Shown: positions 18,328 to 32,044 of the stretch, in pieces
How positions within the stretch are numbered: the stretch's first letter is position 1
How the letters are laid out: every line of letters starts with the position of its first letter
Origin: Octopus vulgaris
Taxonomy: Eukaryota
Assembly (NCBI GenBank): GCA_951406725.2
Contig: OX597817.1
Coordinates: forward strand, 55,552,001-55,616,000
Direction: 5' to 3'
Length of the DNA: 64,000 nucleotides
Translations under genes and position numbers: made by a program
The notes under the pieces: generated by a model
What the model was told of the DNA's origin: nothing
What the model saw: only the letters and a program-made list of their open reading frames with translations
Database searches by the model: none

Positions 18328-18410
18328 GAAATTATGTAATAATCTCCATTACCTTACAGCTGTTTCGTGTATAAGTTCACATGTGCACATATTTGAGTGC
18401 CTCATTATCA
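18328..18410 (-). ncRNA. Decayed minimal hammerhead ribozyme
   Basis: Minus strand GAAAC-AGCT-GTA (18366-18355) gives GAAA, a 1-bp stem III with palindromic tetraloop and a GUA triplet. The CUGANGA core is degenerate (TAATGAG). Confidence 0.4.
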
Positions 18411-20359
18411 CTTGATACTGGATTATTCATTCCGTTGCCTTTCGTAGGTAAAATTTGAACTCAAAATATGGAGTGGCGGAAGATATGTATACAAGGCGTT
18501 TCTGCCGATGCGCCATCGGTTCTGCCACTTTTCACTCAGAAACAATCTGCAAAGAAATGCTTTGCTCAAGAATACAACGCACCGGTCGGCCTGACAATCG
18601 AACCATGTTATAGAGATCGTGACTTCCACACAATAAACCCTAGGCCACGTGACTCCACAGACTATTATTCACTGGTAAGGTGCAACTACGACGCTTTATG
18701 GATATATACTTGAGAAACAGGAAGGACGTTGATCGCCTAATATCATTAAATGCTGGGATTAGCTCATGGGTTCGACAATCTTGGAATAGAATTTCTCTTT
18801 CTTTCTCAATCAATATTACCAACTTATTGGAATGACGTAACAGTATCAGCGGCAAGATCTTGTAAATTCACGCAATTTCTCACAAAATTCTCTCAAAACT
18901 TCCTAATTTGTCAGTCGCATTGCAACCATCTTGTAACATTAAAATTATTCTGCACGCAAAGAAATTTATTTTCTATTTAGAAAACTCATTCTGGAATAAA
19001 ATTATTTACAAGCGAAACGAACTGTTTGCCGTTTCCTTGTAAGCATACGATGATGTCTAATTGTGTGAAAATATTGGAATCTCTATGTTGAACGCTTCCA
19101 TAAATTATTTCTAACATTGTGCGGAGGTTTATACAGAGATAATGTCTCTCTTGTCAAACTCAGTATTCTAAGCTGGATATCATTACAGACGCTATCATAG
19201 AATTATCTTGTAAAATAGGTTTAAGGATTATAATCTCAGTACATTTATTTTTCTGGATATCCAAACAAATAATTTTACTCATGTACAGAATCTTATTTAC
19301 GATTATTTTATATACATAGTTATTCCACACATCCATATGACCATCATTTTATAACATTTATTTCCTAATATTAGTAAACTTATATCCTCCCTTATTTTCA
19401 GCGGAACTCACGTTATTATAAGCTTCGTTCTAGTCGTGACTGACTTTACTGTTAAGATGCATTGCTCAACCCATTATGTTGTCTCCAAGAGAAAAATTCG
19501 ACCAAGAAACATATTTAAAGTATAAGAAAACTTCTATTTTAAGCATTTAGATACATTTCCAAGAGATTTTAAATTTTGTCTTCAGTTTCCTATGAATCAC
19601 TGATAAAAACACTTTGGAAATCACTTCAATTAGTTAAGGCTAGTGGTATTACAAATACATTGATGGCTCCATACGCCTTTCAAATCCAGAACCTTTTCCA
19701 ATAATAATCATAGAACTCCGTCATCTACTTTAGTTGTATTATCCAATCAGCTGCTCTGTTAACGGAAATTTACTCTCTAAATCTTGACTATTTTATCCTG
19801 CGACCCAAATAGAAAACGACAGCATCCCGGGAAATTATACTGTTTAGGCCAAAGCTAGCTATGAATTAACTTTTGTAAATATATTCGTACACGAAAGAAA
19901 CCGGGAAATTATTTTCCATAATCTTTTCCTCGTACATATTGTTCTTAAAAGAATCAAGGCCGACCACATTTAACACTCAATTGACAATGTTAGGCGACGC
20001 ATTATCTCCATAGTAATTTTCGTTAAAGTTTACGTCGTAATTTTTGCTTAAGTGAGAAATTATATGAATTTCTAGACACCAAACACTATCAGAGATGAAC
20101 AAATATAGACAAACAACGAAGAAATTACTTGTAAATTTTCTGTCTTCAAGTAGTTTATTCAAGCAGTAACATGTTCGTTATGTAATTCAAAACATAAGAA
20201 AAGTGGGAATAGCCTGGAACAGCTATATTATAAAGGTAACTAAAAGCTCTCAAATTATTTCTCTTCCAATCTGGAATTTACACACGGACGCGAATATCAA
20301 GTTTAAATCGTTTCTAAGATATATATTTCTCTTTTCTTTTACTTTCTAATTGTTTTAGA

Positions 20360-20573
20360 GTGGAGGCACAATGGCCCAGTGGTTAGGGCAGCGAACTCGC
20401 GGTCGTAGGATCGCAGTTTCGATTCCTAGACAGGGCCTTGTGAGTGTTTATTGAGCGAGAACACCTAAAAGCTCCACAAGACTCCAGCAGGAGGTGGTGA
20501 CAAATGCTGCTGTACTCTTTCACCACAACTTTCTCTCACACTTTCTTTCTGTTTCTGTTGTACCTGTAATTCA
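20360..20573 (+). mobile_element. tRNA(Arg)-derived SINE family C, 3' truncated
   Basis: A box TGGCCCAGTGG, TCG anticodon-like loop and B box GTTTCGATTCC. Homologous to 58877-59272. Confidence 0.85.
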
Positions 20574-20574
20574 C

Positions 20575-20822
20575 GGGGAAGTGAACGCACCAACACCATT
20601 TGTCAAGCTGAGGAAAACACAGACACAAAGACACACACACACATATATACATATGCGGCAGGCTTCTATCAGTTTTCGGGTCTACAAAAATCACTCGGAA
20701 GGTTTGTTCAGCCTGAAGCTGTATTAGACGACAATTACACAAGGCGCCACGCAATGAGGCTGAACCTGGAACCATGTGATTGGAAAGCAGACATCTTTCC
20801 ATACAGACACGCCTGCGCCTAT
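20575..20822 (-). mobile_element. SINE family B, diverged
   Basis: Ends in the reverse complement of the GGCGCAGGCGTG head with GGTTCAG B-box-like motif. Body matches 44136-44557. Confidence 0.7.
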
Positions 20823-20988
20823 ATATACATTGTCTAGATATGTGTATATATGTGTGTTATATAGAATCGCATACATACATGTACATATATTCTTGTTTCT
20901 GTGTGAATGCGCATTTCTATATAAAAAGAAGCTTCATTTTGTAGATCTGATATCTATTCCTCCAGTTCTCTAACAATATTTTATTTGA

Positions 20989-21218
20989 AGGGCGGCGAGT
21001 TGGCAGAAACCTAAGCATGCTAGGCGAATCGCATGGCGGTATTTCGTCTGCCGTTACGTTCTCAATTCAAATTCCGCCGAAGTTGACTTTGCTTTTTATC
21101 CTTTCGGGGTGGATAAAATAAGAAACAGTTACGCATTGGGATCGATGTTATTAACTTAATCCCATTGTCTGTCCATGTCTGTCCCTTCTATGTTTAGCCC
21201 CCTGTGAGTAATAACGAA
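20989..21218 (+). mobile_element. SINE family A
   Basis: Head and body match other copies. Tail TTTAGCCCCCTGTG. Confidence 0.85.
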
Positions 21219-21432
21219 TATATATATATATATTTTTTGTTACACCTTAACATAATCGCCCGAAAACTGGCATCGAAATGAAGATCGGATTAGCGATTTG
21301 TGAATTTTCAAATTTCTGAAACATTAATTTGTACATCAATTTTTATCTATTCGTCTGCCTGTCTATCTGTCTATTTATCTATCTAGCCCTCTCTTTGTCT
21401 CTCCCTTTCTCCCTCTGTCTCTCCCTCTCTCT

Positions 21433-21499
21433 TTCTCTCATGCACACTTGACTGTATGCATCTCTCTCTATATATATGTCTATATGCACATACACCGAA

Positions 21500-21535
<36 letters not shown>

Positions 21536-21626
21536 ACATATATATATATATATAATATATAGTTTCTCTCATGCACACTTGACTGTATGCATCTCTATAT
21601 ATATATGTCTATATACATACACCGAA

Positions 21627-21672
<46 letters not shown>

Positions 21673-21698
21673 ACATATATATATATATATAATATATA
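21433..21698 (+). repeat. About 130-bp local tandem duplication
   Basis: TCTCTCATGCACACTTGACTGTATGCATCTCT...ACCGAAGTATA occurs at about 21434 and 21565. Confidence 0.9.
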
Positions 21699-22386
21699 AT
21701 TTGCGGGTCATTCTTGCTTTGGGGCAATGCGAATCTTTTCTGTATCGTTATTTTAGAAGATATACTGCCGTAGCTAGTATATATGTATGTGTATGTATAT
21801 ATGTGTGTATGAATGTATGTATGTATGTTAACATATATGCATGTATATATATTTATGCGTGTGAGTATATGCGTGCGTGTTTGCGTGTGTGGATGTCTGT
21901 GTATGTATTTGTGTAGGTGTGTGTGTGTGTGTGTGTGTGTGTGAGTGTGTGTGTGTGTGTGATTGTGCATATAGTATAGACAGAAACATTGAAAGTGAGA
22001 GACACAGAAAGCATTAAGAAAAACACAACGGTAATGCACTAAAAAACGTTTGGAATTTTTCACGCAAATCTGTCACACCTCACACATATTTTCTCATAAC
22101 CACATCATTTTTCATGCTCTGTGTTTGTTTTTGTCTTAAACGCTTGCTCAGACTCTGCAATCTCCTCTGATGTCCATCTTTAACAACTTCACAGACAGCA
22201 GAGGGGTAAATAAGGACACTACGAAATAACAACAACTTAATCGATATATTGATTCCTGATATACCAGCTTCTGTTGTTTTGTTGTGCGAATGCGAGTCAT
22301 GCAGTGCTTATGATTAGAAGAAATTTGAGTTCTACATTAATTCTATACACCTTGTTATCTGGTTATATATCCGATATTTTCAAATT

Positions 22387-22618
22387 AGGCGGTGAGCTGG
22401 CACAATCGTTAGCACGCCGGGCGAAATGCGTAGACGCATTTCATCTGCCGTTACGTTCCGATTTCAAATTCCGCCGAGGTCGACTTTGCCTTTCATCCTT
22501 TCGGGGTTGATAAATTAAGTACCAGTTACGCACTGGGGTCAATGTAATCGACTTAATCCCTTTCTTTTTCCTTGTTTGTCCCCTCCATATTTAGCCCCTT
22601 GTGGGCAATAAAGAAATA
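22387..22618 (+). mobile_element. SINE family A
   Basis: Near full-length match to 63313-63530. Confidence 0.9.
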
Positions 22619-22898
22619 AGAAGCTTGCTTCCCAACCACATAATTCCGGGTTCAGTCCCACTACGTGGCATCTTGGGTAAGTGTTTTCTACTATAGCCAC
22701 GGACCGACCATAGCCTTGTGAGTTGATTTGCTAGACGGAAACTGAAAGAAGCTCGTTGTAGATATACGTGTATGTGTGTGTATGTATGTGTGTGTTTGGG
22801 TGTCTGTTTTTGTTCCCCACCATTGCTTGACAACCGTAACCTAGCGGTTCGGCAAAAGAGACCGATAGAATAAGTACTAGGCTTACAATGAATAATCA
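22619..22898 (+). mobile_element. SINE family B directly abutting family A copy
   Basis: GCTTGCTTCCCAACCAC..GGGTTCAGTCCCACT..GACGGAAACTGAAAGAAGC..GCGGTTCGGCAAAAGAGACCGATAGAATAAGTAC. Confidence 0.85.
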
Positions 22899-24079
22899 TG
22901 TGAACTGGAAGCTGTCTATTTCTTCTTTTCTTTTTTTTTTTTTTTTTTTCGGTTTTGTCAATTTCCAGTTCTCACACCCCTCCTTGTGACTTTCAAACTC
23001 CGACTCCATTCCTATAGTCATTTCTACGTATCATAAATGCTAGAGAATGTTTAGGTCGCCTAACACTTTCGGGCCTTGGAAATTTCACTCCAAAAAGAGG
23101 AGCATATTCTGTTCCCATTCTCTCGGCATTCCTGAGATTAATAAAATACCACTGCGACGCAGGGAAACATGGGCACAAAACTTCAACTACGTGTGAGACA
23201 ACAAAATAAAAGTAGCATCTCCAGAGTTTCACTTCATTAAATCCAATACTCCTTCACAAAAACAGGTTGTCTCGTTTACCTGCACACACCAAGCTGTCCT
23301 GTGGACGCACACACATCTGGCTGTCCACATCCGGCTTTCTGTTGCAAGGATTTCCTGAAGTTTCTTTGGACGTAAAATGTGTCTCATTAAGTCTTTCATG
23401 TGATCGCTTGACTTGCTAGAAACTTCTTTATAACCATAGGATTTATCTGAAAATGAAAAGAAAAAAAAATATTAACGTAGTTCATAATACTTGCTGCTTG
23501 AAATAAATTATGGCTGGAATGCCTTCGACGATAAGTTTTATCAGGATGGCCTACCAGAACCACGCTTTGGCCTGTTCTGAGACTGATATGATTGACGAAT
23601 GTTCCTTAAGATGGTGCCATAGAATGTCCACTAATCAATAAATAAGGTAATAGTAGATTTAAGGAAATCTAAATTGATAACTAGCTCAAATTTTATAAAT
23701 CCCTTATAAAATACTGCTTAAAAATAAAAATAAAAACTATCGAATGAAATAGGAATTACAAGAAAATAGGAATTACATTTTCTTGAAAATAGCACCATGT
23801 TGTTTTACAAAAGTAAGATTGCAGTAAAAAATATATGTTTATCAAAACTCTATGTCTGAATGCTTAGGGAGGCTGTTAAGATGCTGTTCACGATATTTCT
23901 TCTCAATAGGAAACTACAAATTGCCGGCAGCAACAGTAGCAAAAACATTATGTAATTATATAGCAGTGTATTACCTCCTTGTTTATTTTTTTTACTTTTT
24001 TCTTGTTGTTTGGTGCTTGTTTTGTTTTTGAATGATTTCTTAGGCAAGATCTCTCGTTGATATCGTATTTTCTCATAGA

Positions 24080-24290
24080 AGGTGGGGAACTGGCAGAAAC
24101 GTTAACGCGCCGGAAAATACTCAGGGGCATTTCTTTCGACTTTACTTTCTCAGTTCAAATACCGCCGGAGTCGACTTTGCCCATCGACCTTTCGGAGTCG
24201 ATAAAATAAGTACCAGTTCGTCACTGGGGTCGACGTAATTGACTTACCCCCTCATACCCCAAACTGCTGGCCTTGTGCTAATATTTGAAA
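24080..24290 (+). mobile_element. SINE family A, diverged
   Basis: Head and GTCGACTTTGCC..GTCGATAAAATAAGTACCAGTT body. Confidence 0.8.
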
Positions 24291-25856
24291 TCGATATTGT
24301 AGTTTCTTCCTTACTGGAAAATTTGTCTTGTATTTCCTAGTGTTACTTTACTCAATTGAATATAATAGAACCATATCCCCTACTGCCCCCATATCCATTG
24401 CTCTCTGAAGTTTTCACAACCCTACCATTATGTCACTATCAGAATCTCAATGAATGAATATATCAAATGGAACGTACGTCAGCATAAAATAATAAATATA
24501 TAATATTTCTGGTGACGTCATTCTGTAATAGAATCTGGAGACTGTTGTTGCAAACACTCGTAGTATTTTGCACGTAGTATTCTATCCGTGTTGCCAATAC
24601 AAGTCAAATTGGTATAACATCTAATAAGTGAATTAGTGTTATATTATGAATACAAGGCAACCACGAGGGTGGATTATTGTATCAAGTAGAACCTATTTTC
24701 TATAATTGTGTGACCATGTGCCAATTTCTGAAATAATTTTATATTTTCTTTTGACAGAGATCAATACGGCTTAATTATCTTAGATCCTTTGGCACAGTCT
24801 CGACATTGGCAACTGTCATGTCAATACACAGATTTAGAATGGTTTAGTCAGAAAAATACAGAATGTCAATGTTTTGTGTTGGGGAAAAGTAAAATCAATC
24901 TAATCGATACAAGAATATTACATTTACAAAGTTTATTGTCGTTGTCGAAATGAAAACACTGACTTGGGAAGGAATTTTTCTTTTCTAAGAATCAAATATA
25001 TTATCAAATAATTTTACGAATTTCAGCCAGCCCTTGTCGCTTCTATGTTTTAAATATTGTTTTGTATCAGATTCTAAATTTGTTTTTCTTCTCTGTGTGT
25101 CAATGGTAAATTATTTTTAAGAGTCTATGATCAGTTTTCTTTAATTGCCCATTATTTTTACTAAAAGGAATTACACAGCATTAGCAGGCTATATATGGCC
25201 AATATGAAAAAGTGTGACAGCTACATCATAAAAGAATCAGGTAATAACAAACGAAGCACTGAAATCCACTTTGTCAGTTGTCAGGTTACAAATGTGTGAC
25301 GACGATTTTGGCACTTCATGAAATATATTTAAATTGAAAGTGAATTTAACAAACTTATGAGTCATTAAATGGCTCCTCCATGCTGTAGTTCCTTCTGTGG
25401 CAACACAGTCTTAGATTAAGACGCTTGCAAGATAATTACAACTCCAAAAAATGAGCGTCCTAAATTTAAAATTCCATGGCTGGCTTTCGCTTCTGCACAT
25501 ATTGGCTGCAATAAAAATCTGAAATGAGAAGCAGTTTCGAATTCTAGCTAAAGCAAAAACGAATATCTTTCAAAAGAAATTACAAACGAAATAATTAGTT
25601 AAGTGCCGTCGCCATGAAAATAATGTTTGCGTAGCCAATTACAATTGAATTTTCACACCTGATTGAGATGCCGGATGTAGCCTGTGACTGCATCGGAATC
25701 TATCGACGTGTCATCAAGGACGTAGACAACCGGGAGAATGATACACAAATTCCTATTAGTGCTGTATCGGTAGACTGCATTCGACTACTCTCTAACTACT
25801 GCCTCGTCCTGAAGATTGCCTGTGGGTATGATACCTTTACTAACTTGATACAAACT

Positions 25857-25943
25857 TGCTTCTTCTTCTTCTTCTTCTTCTTCTTCTTCTTCTTCTTCTT
25901 CTTCTTCTTCTTCTTCTTCTTCTTCTTCTTCTTCTTCTTCTTC
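25857..25943. repeat. (TTC)n microsatellite
   Basis: Directly visible. Confidence 0.95.
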
Positions 25944-26682
25944 ATCTCACGTACAACGATTATAATTTTTACTACTTATTACTTTTAAACTAAATGAAAA
26001 CATTTGTACTTCTAGTTTAGAATAAAAGAAACTGAGGTATAACACTTTACTTTCATCGATAAAATTTTCGGGCAAGGAGGCACTTGCTTTTGTAACTGGC
26101 GTATCCACACATTTTCCCTTATTTACATTTGACCAATGTACAGAAGTTTTGTTTAGTTTTGGTTAGCAATTATAACAAAGCGAGTTTCGCTGCTTGCTTC
26201 GTTCGTGTAATTGTTATTCTCTTGTTGGTTGGCGTTTCTTCAAATATTTTTCTTTTATGCATTCTAAAATTAGATATCTTTGGTTATATCTGTGTTAAAT
26301 TAACATTTGTAGTGTTTCATTTTCTTCTAAAACTCTTTTTCTGTATTCAGTTAATTTGCTATTGTATTCATTGTGGCCACAGTGAATAATAGATCCTCTT
26401 CCCGCTTCTTCAAATTCGGCCATATACACCGAAGAAACTCATAAACGAAACAAGATGGATAATTGCAAACAAATGTTCCACAAAACAAATATCTAAAGAT
26501 AACTCTTCAATTTCTCCCCACCCACGATGAATTTTGTGGTGAGCATTCAAGAATTAATCCGATACATTCTGTTTGGCACAAAGAAAGAATACAAGACACT
26601 CCATTCATGAGATGATGATAAAAGAAAGTCCTCTCCATGTAGCTTTGCGAAGTGCATGCTTACAAAGATCATCACTCCTATT

Positions 26683-26779
26683 TCTTCTTCTTCTTCTTCT
26701 TCTTCTTCTTCTTCTTCTTCTTCTTCTTCTTCATTTTCTTCTTCTTCGATTTCTTCTTCTTCTTCGTCTTCTTCTTCTT

Positions 26780-26829
<50 letters not shown>

Positions 26830-26954
26830 GATAACAATAATGATAAAAGCAAAACAAACAGCAAGAACAAGAAGAAGAAGAAGAGGAGCAATAATAATGA
26901 TAATAATAGTCACTTTGATGGCATGCACTGCTCTCTCACACAGTAATAATAATG

Positions 26955-27010
<56 letters not shown>
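26683..27010. repeat. Compound (TTC)n/(TAC)n/(TAA)n microsatellite
   Basis: Directly visible. Confidence 0.95.
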
Positions 27011-27018
<8 letters not shown>

Positions 27019-27137
27019 GATAATAATTCTTCTTAGTGTTATTTCTTTCACCTGTTTTAATTAGTCGAAGGAAAATTAATAGCTGTCGACTTCCCCATTA
27101 CAACGACTGAAAATTAAATACACAGAACAATGTGTGT

Positions 27138-27178
<41 letters not shown>

Positions 27179-27571
27179 TGTTTGTGTACGTTTGTGTTCG
27201 TGAGTGAATGTCTGTGTGTGTGTGTGCATGTGGGTGTGCATGATGTTTGTGTGCGTGCGTGAGTGAAGCGTACACGTGTATGTGTTGAGTGTAACTGTGC
27301 ACACGCGCCGTGTGTGTGTGTGTGTGTAAATGAAATAAATAGATTCGAAATGAGTGAAGATTTCCAAGATAAAAACATGACGTCTCTCTTGGCGTGCTTT
27401 TATCTTTTAGTTCCATTCTTTCTTTACCATTTCATTTGAAGATGTTGGAATTCATCCCTGAAAATAAATTATTTTGGAAAGAAGAAAAAGGTTTTTATTT
27501 TTTATTTCCGTACATTTTGTATTCTCTTTTTGCACTATCATGCATTTTATTGATCACTGTTGTTGTTGTTG

Positions 27572-27654
<83 letters not shown>

Positions 27655-27669
27655 GTTGTTGTTGTTGTT

Positions 27670-28282
27670 TTTGCACATCTTCTAGCACTGGAAATGTACT
27701 GCGGTGTCGGCTGTTCATTACCAGTGAACTAAGGTAACACCTCTTATTTTTCAAGCACTTTTCGGAATATCCGAGCGGCGGTTCCAAGCAGTGCAGTTTT
27801 CTGCAAGTGCTCTACACTTATTGCAGCCCCTATTTGTTCCTCGTACTTCACGAGATCTTTGCTTACTGTTCCAAGGGCTCCGACAATTATTGGTACTACT
27901 GCTACCTTTTTTATCGACCACAACTGCTTAACTTCCCAAGATAACCTGTCATATCTCTCGACATTAATTTCTTCCTTATCGCATACATTGTTGTCAGTTG
28001 GGCATACTTATATCTATGATCCAGCATAGTTTGTTTTCTTTCTCAATTAAGACTATGTCCGGTTTCCCATTCTCTATCTCATGGTCTCACTGAATCATAA
28101 AATCCCATAGGATCTTTGCATTTCTATTTTCGACGATGCCTTGAGGTTTGTGGTCGTACCAGGTCTTTGCTCTGTCAAGTCCATACTTGTTGCAAAGTGT
28201 CCAATGGTGAAGTCTGGCTATATTGTCATGGCATCTCCTATATTTCTTCTGGACTAGTCGCGTATATTGGCTGGTAATATGT
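27670..28282 (-). mobile_element. R4/Dong-like LINE, 5'-truncated 3' end with RLE domain and 3' UTR
   Basis: Translates to YRRCHDNIARLHHWTLCNKYGL..WYDHKPQGIVENRNAKILWDFMIQ*DHEIENGKPDIVLIEKENKLCWIID..YDRLSWEVKQLW..VVPIIVGALGTV..LQKTALLGTAARIFRKVLEK*. Flanked by (TAA)n on both sides. Confidence 0.9.
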
Positions 28283-28303
28283 CATTATCATTATTATTGT
28301 TGA

Positions 28304-28378
<75 letters not shown>

Positions 28379-28389
28379 CCCAGCTTCTA

Positions 28390-28745
28390 CATTTATAACT
28401 GTAGAAGCTACAGTTATAGCTTCTACAGGTTTGTTCATATGTTATCTTTTCATGCCCAATGCTCCAATTATTATTTTATATTGTTTTTACCTTCATGCCC
28501 CACATCTTGACTACTTCAATTTCAAGGTCTTTGTACTTTGACAGTTTCTCCACTTCCTTTTTTGACAATATTTTGATCAGAAGAGGCTGTAATACATGTC
28601 ACTAAGCAGGGTTTTCCTCCATCCCACCCAATCCTTGATATGTTTGTTTGGGCGATTAGCTTAATTTCTTTGTCGGTTTAAACCGGCAGATTTCAGATGA
28701 TTGTGGCCCGGTCGTTGTCTTGAACTTTGTTTGGCACATGCTTAT
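28390..28745 (-). mobile_element. Second R4/Dong-like RLE remnant
   Basis: KKEVEKLSKYKDLEIEVVKMWGMKVKT..IIIGALGM and TDKEI..ANRPN motifs. Confidence 0.8.
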
Positions 28746-28957
28746 ACCACCTATTGTCAATTTTAATGTTGTAATGTTAGCATATTGTCCAGTAGATATA
28801 ACTGTTTATTTTTTCGTGTCAATAAAATTGAAAAACACATACACGCACAGTCACATATACACACCCCGCGTACGCGTGCACACACTCCTAGACGCACGCG
28901 TATTTCTAATTACATATATATACATACGTATATATGTGTACATATTGAGTATCTATA

Positions 28958-29512
28958 CAGGGTGCACCAAAATGATCTGACACATTTGGAGGCTTAATAA
29001 AAGCACAAAATAAGAAATAATGAAAAGAAAAATTTTATTTTCTGAATGAACATATAATGCCATTTTATTTCATTAAGTTTTAAAACTTAAATCAGCTAAA
29101 TGCTTCCCATCATTGTCAACACACTGTTGGAGACGTTCATGAAAGTTATCGATAACTCTATGGATCATTTCTTCTGGAATGGTGAAATGTTATTTCTTCT
29201 TGTGGGGATATTTAAAATCAAAATTATTCAGTCATCGCCCTCAATCTATTGATGAATTAAAACGTGCAATTTGTGTAGAAATAGCAACCATTCCAGAAGA
29301 AATGATCCATAGAGTTATCGATAACTTTCATGAACGTCTCCAACAATGTGTTGACAATGATGGGAAGCATTTAGCTGATTTCATTTTTAAAACTTAATCA
29401 AATAAAATGGCATTATATGTACATTCAGAAAATAAAATCTTTCTTTTCATTATTTCTTATTTTGTGCTTTTATTAAGCCTCCAAATGTGTCAGATCAGTT
29501 TGGTCCACCCTG
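28958..29512 (+). mobile_element. Palindromic Tc1/mariner (maT/rosa-like) derivative with 226-bp inverted arms
   Basis: TA-CAGGGTG...CACCCTG-TA. Arms 28958-29183 and 29287-29512. ORF 29179-29397 FFLWGYLKSK..RPQSIDELKRAI..NFHERLQQCVDNDGKHL is a transposase C-terminus. Confidence 0.9.
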
Positions 29513-32002
29513 TATATATATTACCTCATATATGCGTATATCAGTGTGTGTGCCTGTGTGTATGTGTATATGTTGGACAACTCAATTGAAATAGAACGAT
29601 AGTTTTATTATTATAAAGGGGATTTTAGCGATTATTACTGCAGCTTGTAGACACCAGTAACTAGTATCAAATACCTTGTGGTATTTCCATCCATAGTAAT
29701 TAATAGGACGTGAGCGGGCATTATTTTCAGTGCTTGTGACCATTCCAAAAGGACAACTGACTGGAATTCTCTTTAGATAAGTCTTTCGTTTCATTGATAT
29801 TTTTTATCAGAAAGAAAGTGGTTAGCAGGCAATATTCGTAGATTCCTTACCAGAATTTCAAGATTTCTATCACCAATAATATTTTTCCTCTCTTAGAATC
29901 ATTTCCGTCTTCATAGTGGTAACATTTTTGTCTTTTGGACGTAACCTGGCAATTAGTCTATAGATATATAATTGTTTTTCACCTCTTTTTTTTTCTATGT
30001 GATAACCACATATGGCTGGCGTATATTTATCATCCAGTCGGTAACATCTTAAACCTAACTCAAGGGCTCAATGCTCAATCATTTTTTCAGGTACTCTAGA
30101 GTATTGTTATATCATTTAGAGAATTCAGTTGTAGATCTGATAGCATTTCAATATATTAACTAGCGCCAGGGCTCAGCTGTTTTCTCATTGCTGTGTAATC
30201 ATTCAATGAGAGCTAATAACATTGCATCCTCTAAGCACATTTTCTATTATCTCATCAAATTCTCTTCTCACATAGCTTTTAGAGTTTCCTGACGTTGGCA
30301 ATATTGATTTCTTCTCGTAGTTGGTGTTAAGGTAAAGCTTTTATGCTGCAGTTGTCAGCTTCTTTCTCTACTCTAAGAGTTAGATTTAGCAATCATAACT
30401 CATACGTCGCAAATTTCTTCATAAATTCTCGGGGGATTCTTAGAAAGATAGATGCACATTCGCACTTGATGGATATTTTTTTTTCTTTCTGTTAACGGTC
30501 GCCAATGACTTATTTGCATATTTGTGACCTTGTGTCAAGGTTATAAGTTATTGTTAATATTATTGTTGTGTACTTTTTCTTTATTTTAGTTATTTTAATT
30601 TATGCTTACATTGTTACTGGGTTATGAAGAAGACATTCAACGACGTACATAAGACAGTTCTGCGCACAATACGGCGCTAAATTACTCTCAGTTGAAATAT
30701 CACCAAGGTTGACATAGTGCCAGAAATAGTTGAGTCCTGATTAATTACAGATAACCAGGAAAGACCCATATCGGAACACTGCTCATATATACTGAAAGTG
30801 GTCCTGCTACAAGTCCGAACACTATAGATCGCATCTAAAGAAGAGACCCAGTAAAAGGGTCAAAGGTGTTGTCGTTTCTCTCTCATTAAGCCACAAATTG
30901 ATAAATCTATATCACGTTTTACTATGATTTACCGCGTAATGTTGCCGTCTCTGCTCTGAAGTTCATCGTGTAATTAGTTTATTTGGCGATATTGTTGTAT
31001 GAAGATGTTTTTCTAACGTCTCTCATCGACCAAATAAATTTTGTAGGAAGAGGCACAGTCGAGAAAGAGTGGAGACTTATCTGAATCAGCGACCAAATAA
31101 TTTAGCCGTAAGGTAGACATTTTTCGGAGTCCCGAGAAGCCTGCCATTCAAATTATTGCGAAGATTAAGGTGAAATACTATTTGACGATATAGTGTAATT
31201 TAATGAATTATATTGAGAGTGAGAGGGGGGACGAGAGAGAAATAGAGCATAAGGTTGGGCGGCTGGGGGGGGGGGGGGGCAGATTGAGAGATATAAAGGA
31301 AGGAAAAAGAGGGGAAAAATCAGTGTAAATACCGAATTATATTTAGCGAATGTTTTCCTTTGTCTTCTGTTGCTGTGTTTGAAAAATATCTGTTCGGAAA
31401 CAAGTTCAACCAAACAGACATATATACACGCAAAAAACAAACAAACAAACAGAAGAACGAACACACACTTAAGCACACAACACAGTGGTACAGACATACA
31501 TACACGTGCACACATACACACGTACAAACATTCGTACACACACACACACATAAAACTAGGGTGAGGTCAGTGTCAGTAGAAATGAGATCGACAATTAAAG
31601 GCTGGACTTTCATGAAATTACGCAGGAATTCCCGGACAAAATTATTAATAACTTATTAAAATATTTATTTGCCGATGGCTGTGTTGTGGGAGAAGTTCGA
31701 AATAGAACTTGTAGAGATTTTGCAGTCGATAACAACAGGCTTTTATTGAATTAAGTCAATGAAAACATGTCTGTCAAATAAGAGAGGTCTAACGTAGCTT
31801 TTCGCCATAGCCTCGTTGCAACATCCGCTCTATGAATTATTGAGTACGATCTTTAATAAGCTGTTTGCGCCTATGTATAACAGGCATGAATACACAGTGA
31901 CTTGCCTGTATGGCAATTTGCGCTTAAACATCCACACTCCCACACATACATACATGTGTATGCGTGAATCCATGTACATATATACATACACATATATATA
32001 TG

Positions 32003-32044
<42 letters not shown>

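Noticed and set aside
20360-20435. tRNA-Arg gene
   Set aside because: It is the head of a SINE. It continues into the shared SINE body and lacks a proper acceptor stem.
25668-25988. 106-aa ORF with unique N-terminal half
   Set aside because: No recognisable motif, and its length comes from the (TTC)n run.
26278-26300. miR-9-like TCTTTGGTTAT
   Set aside because: Only 11 nt match and no hairpin. miR-279-like (49457) and miR-1-like (32718) partial matches fail the same way.
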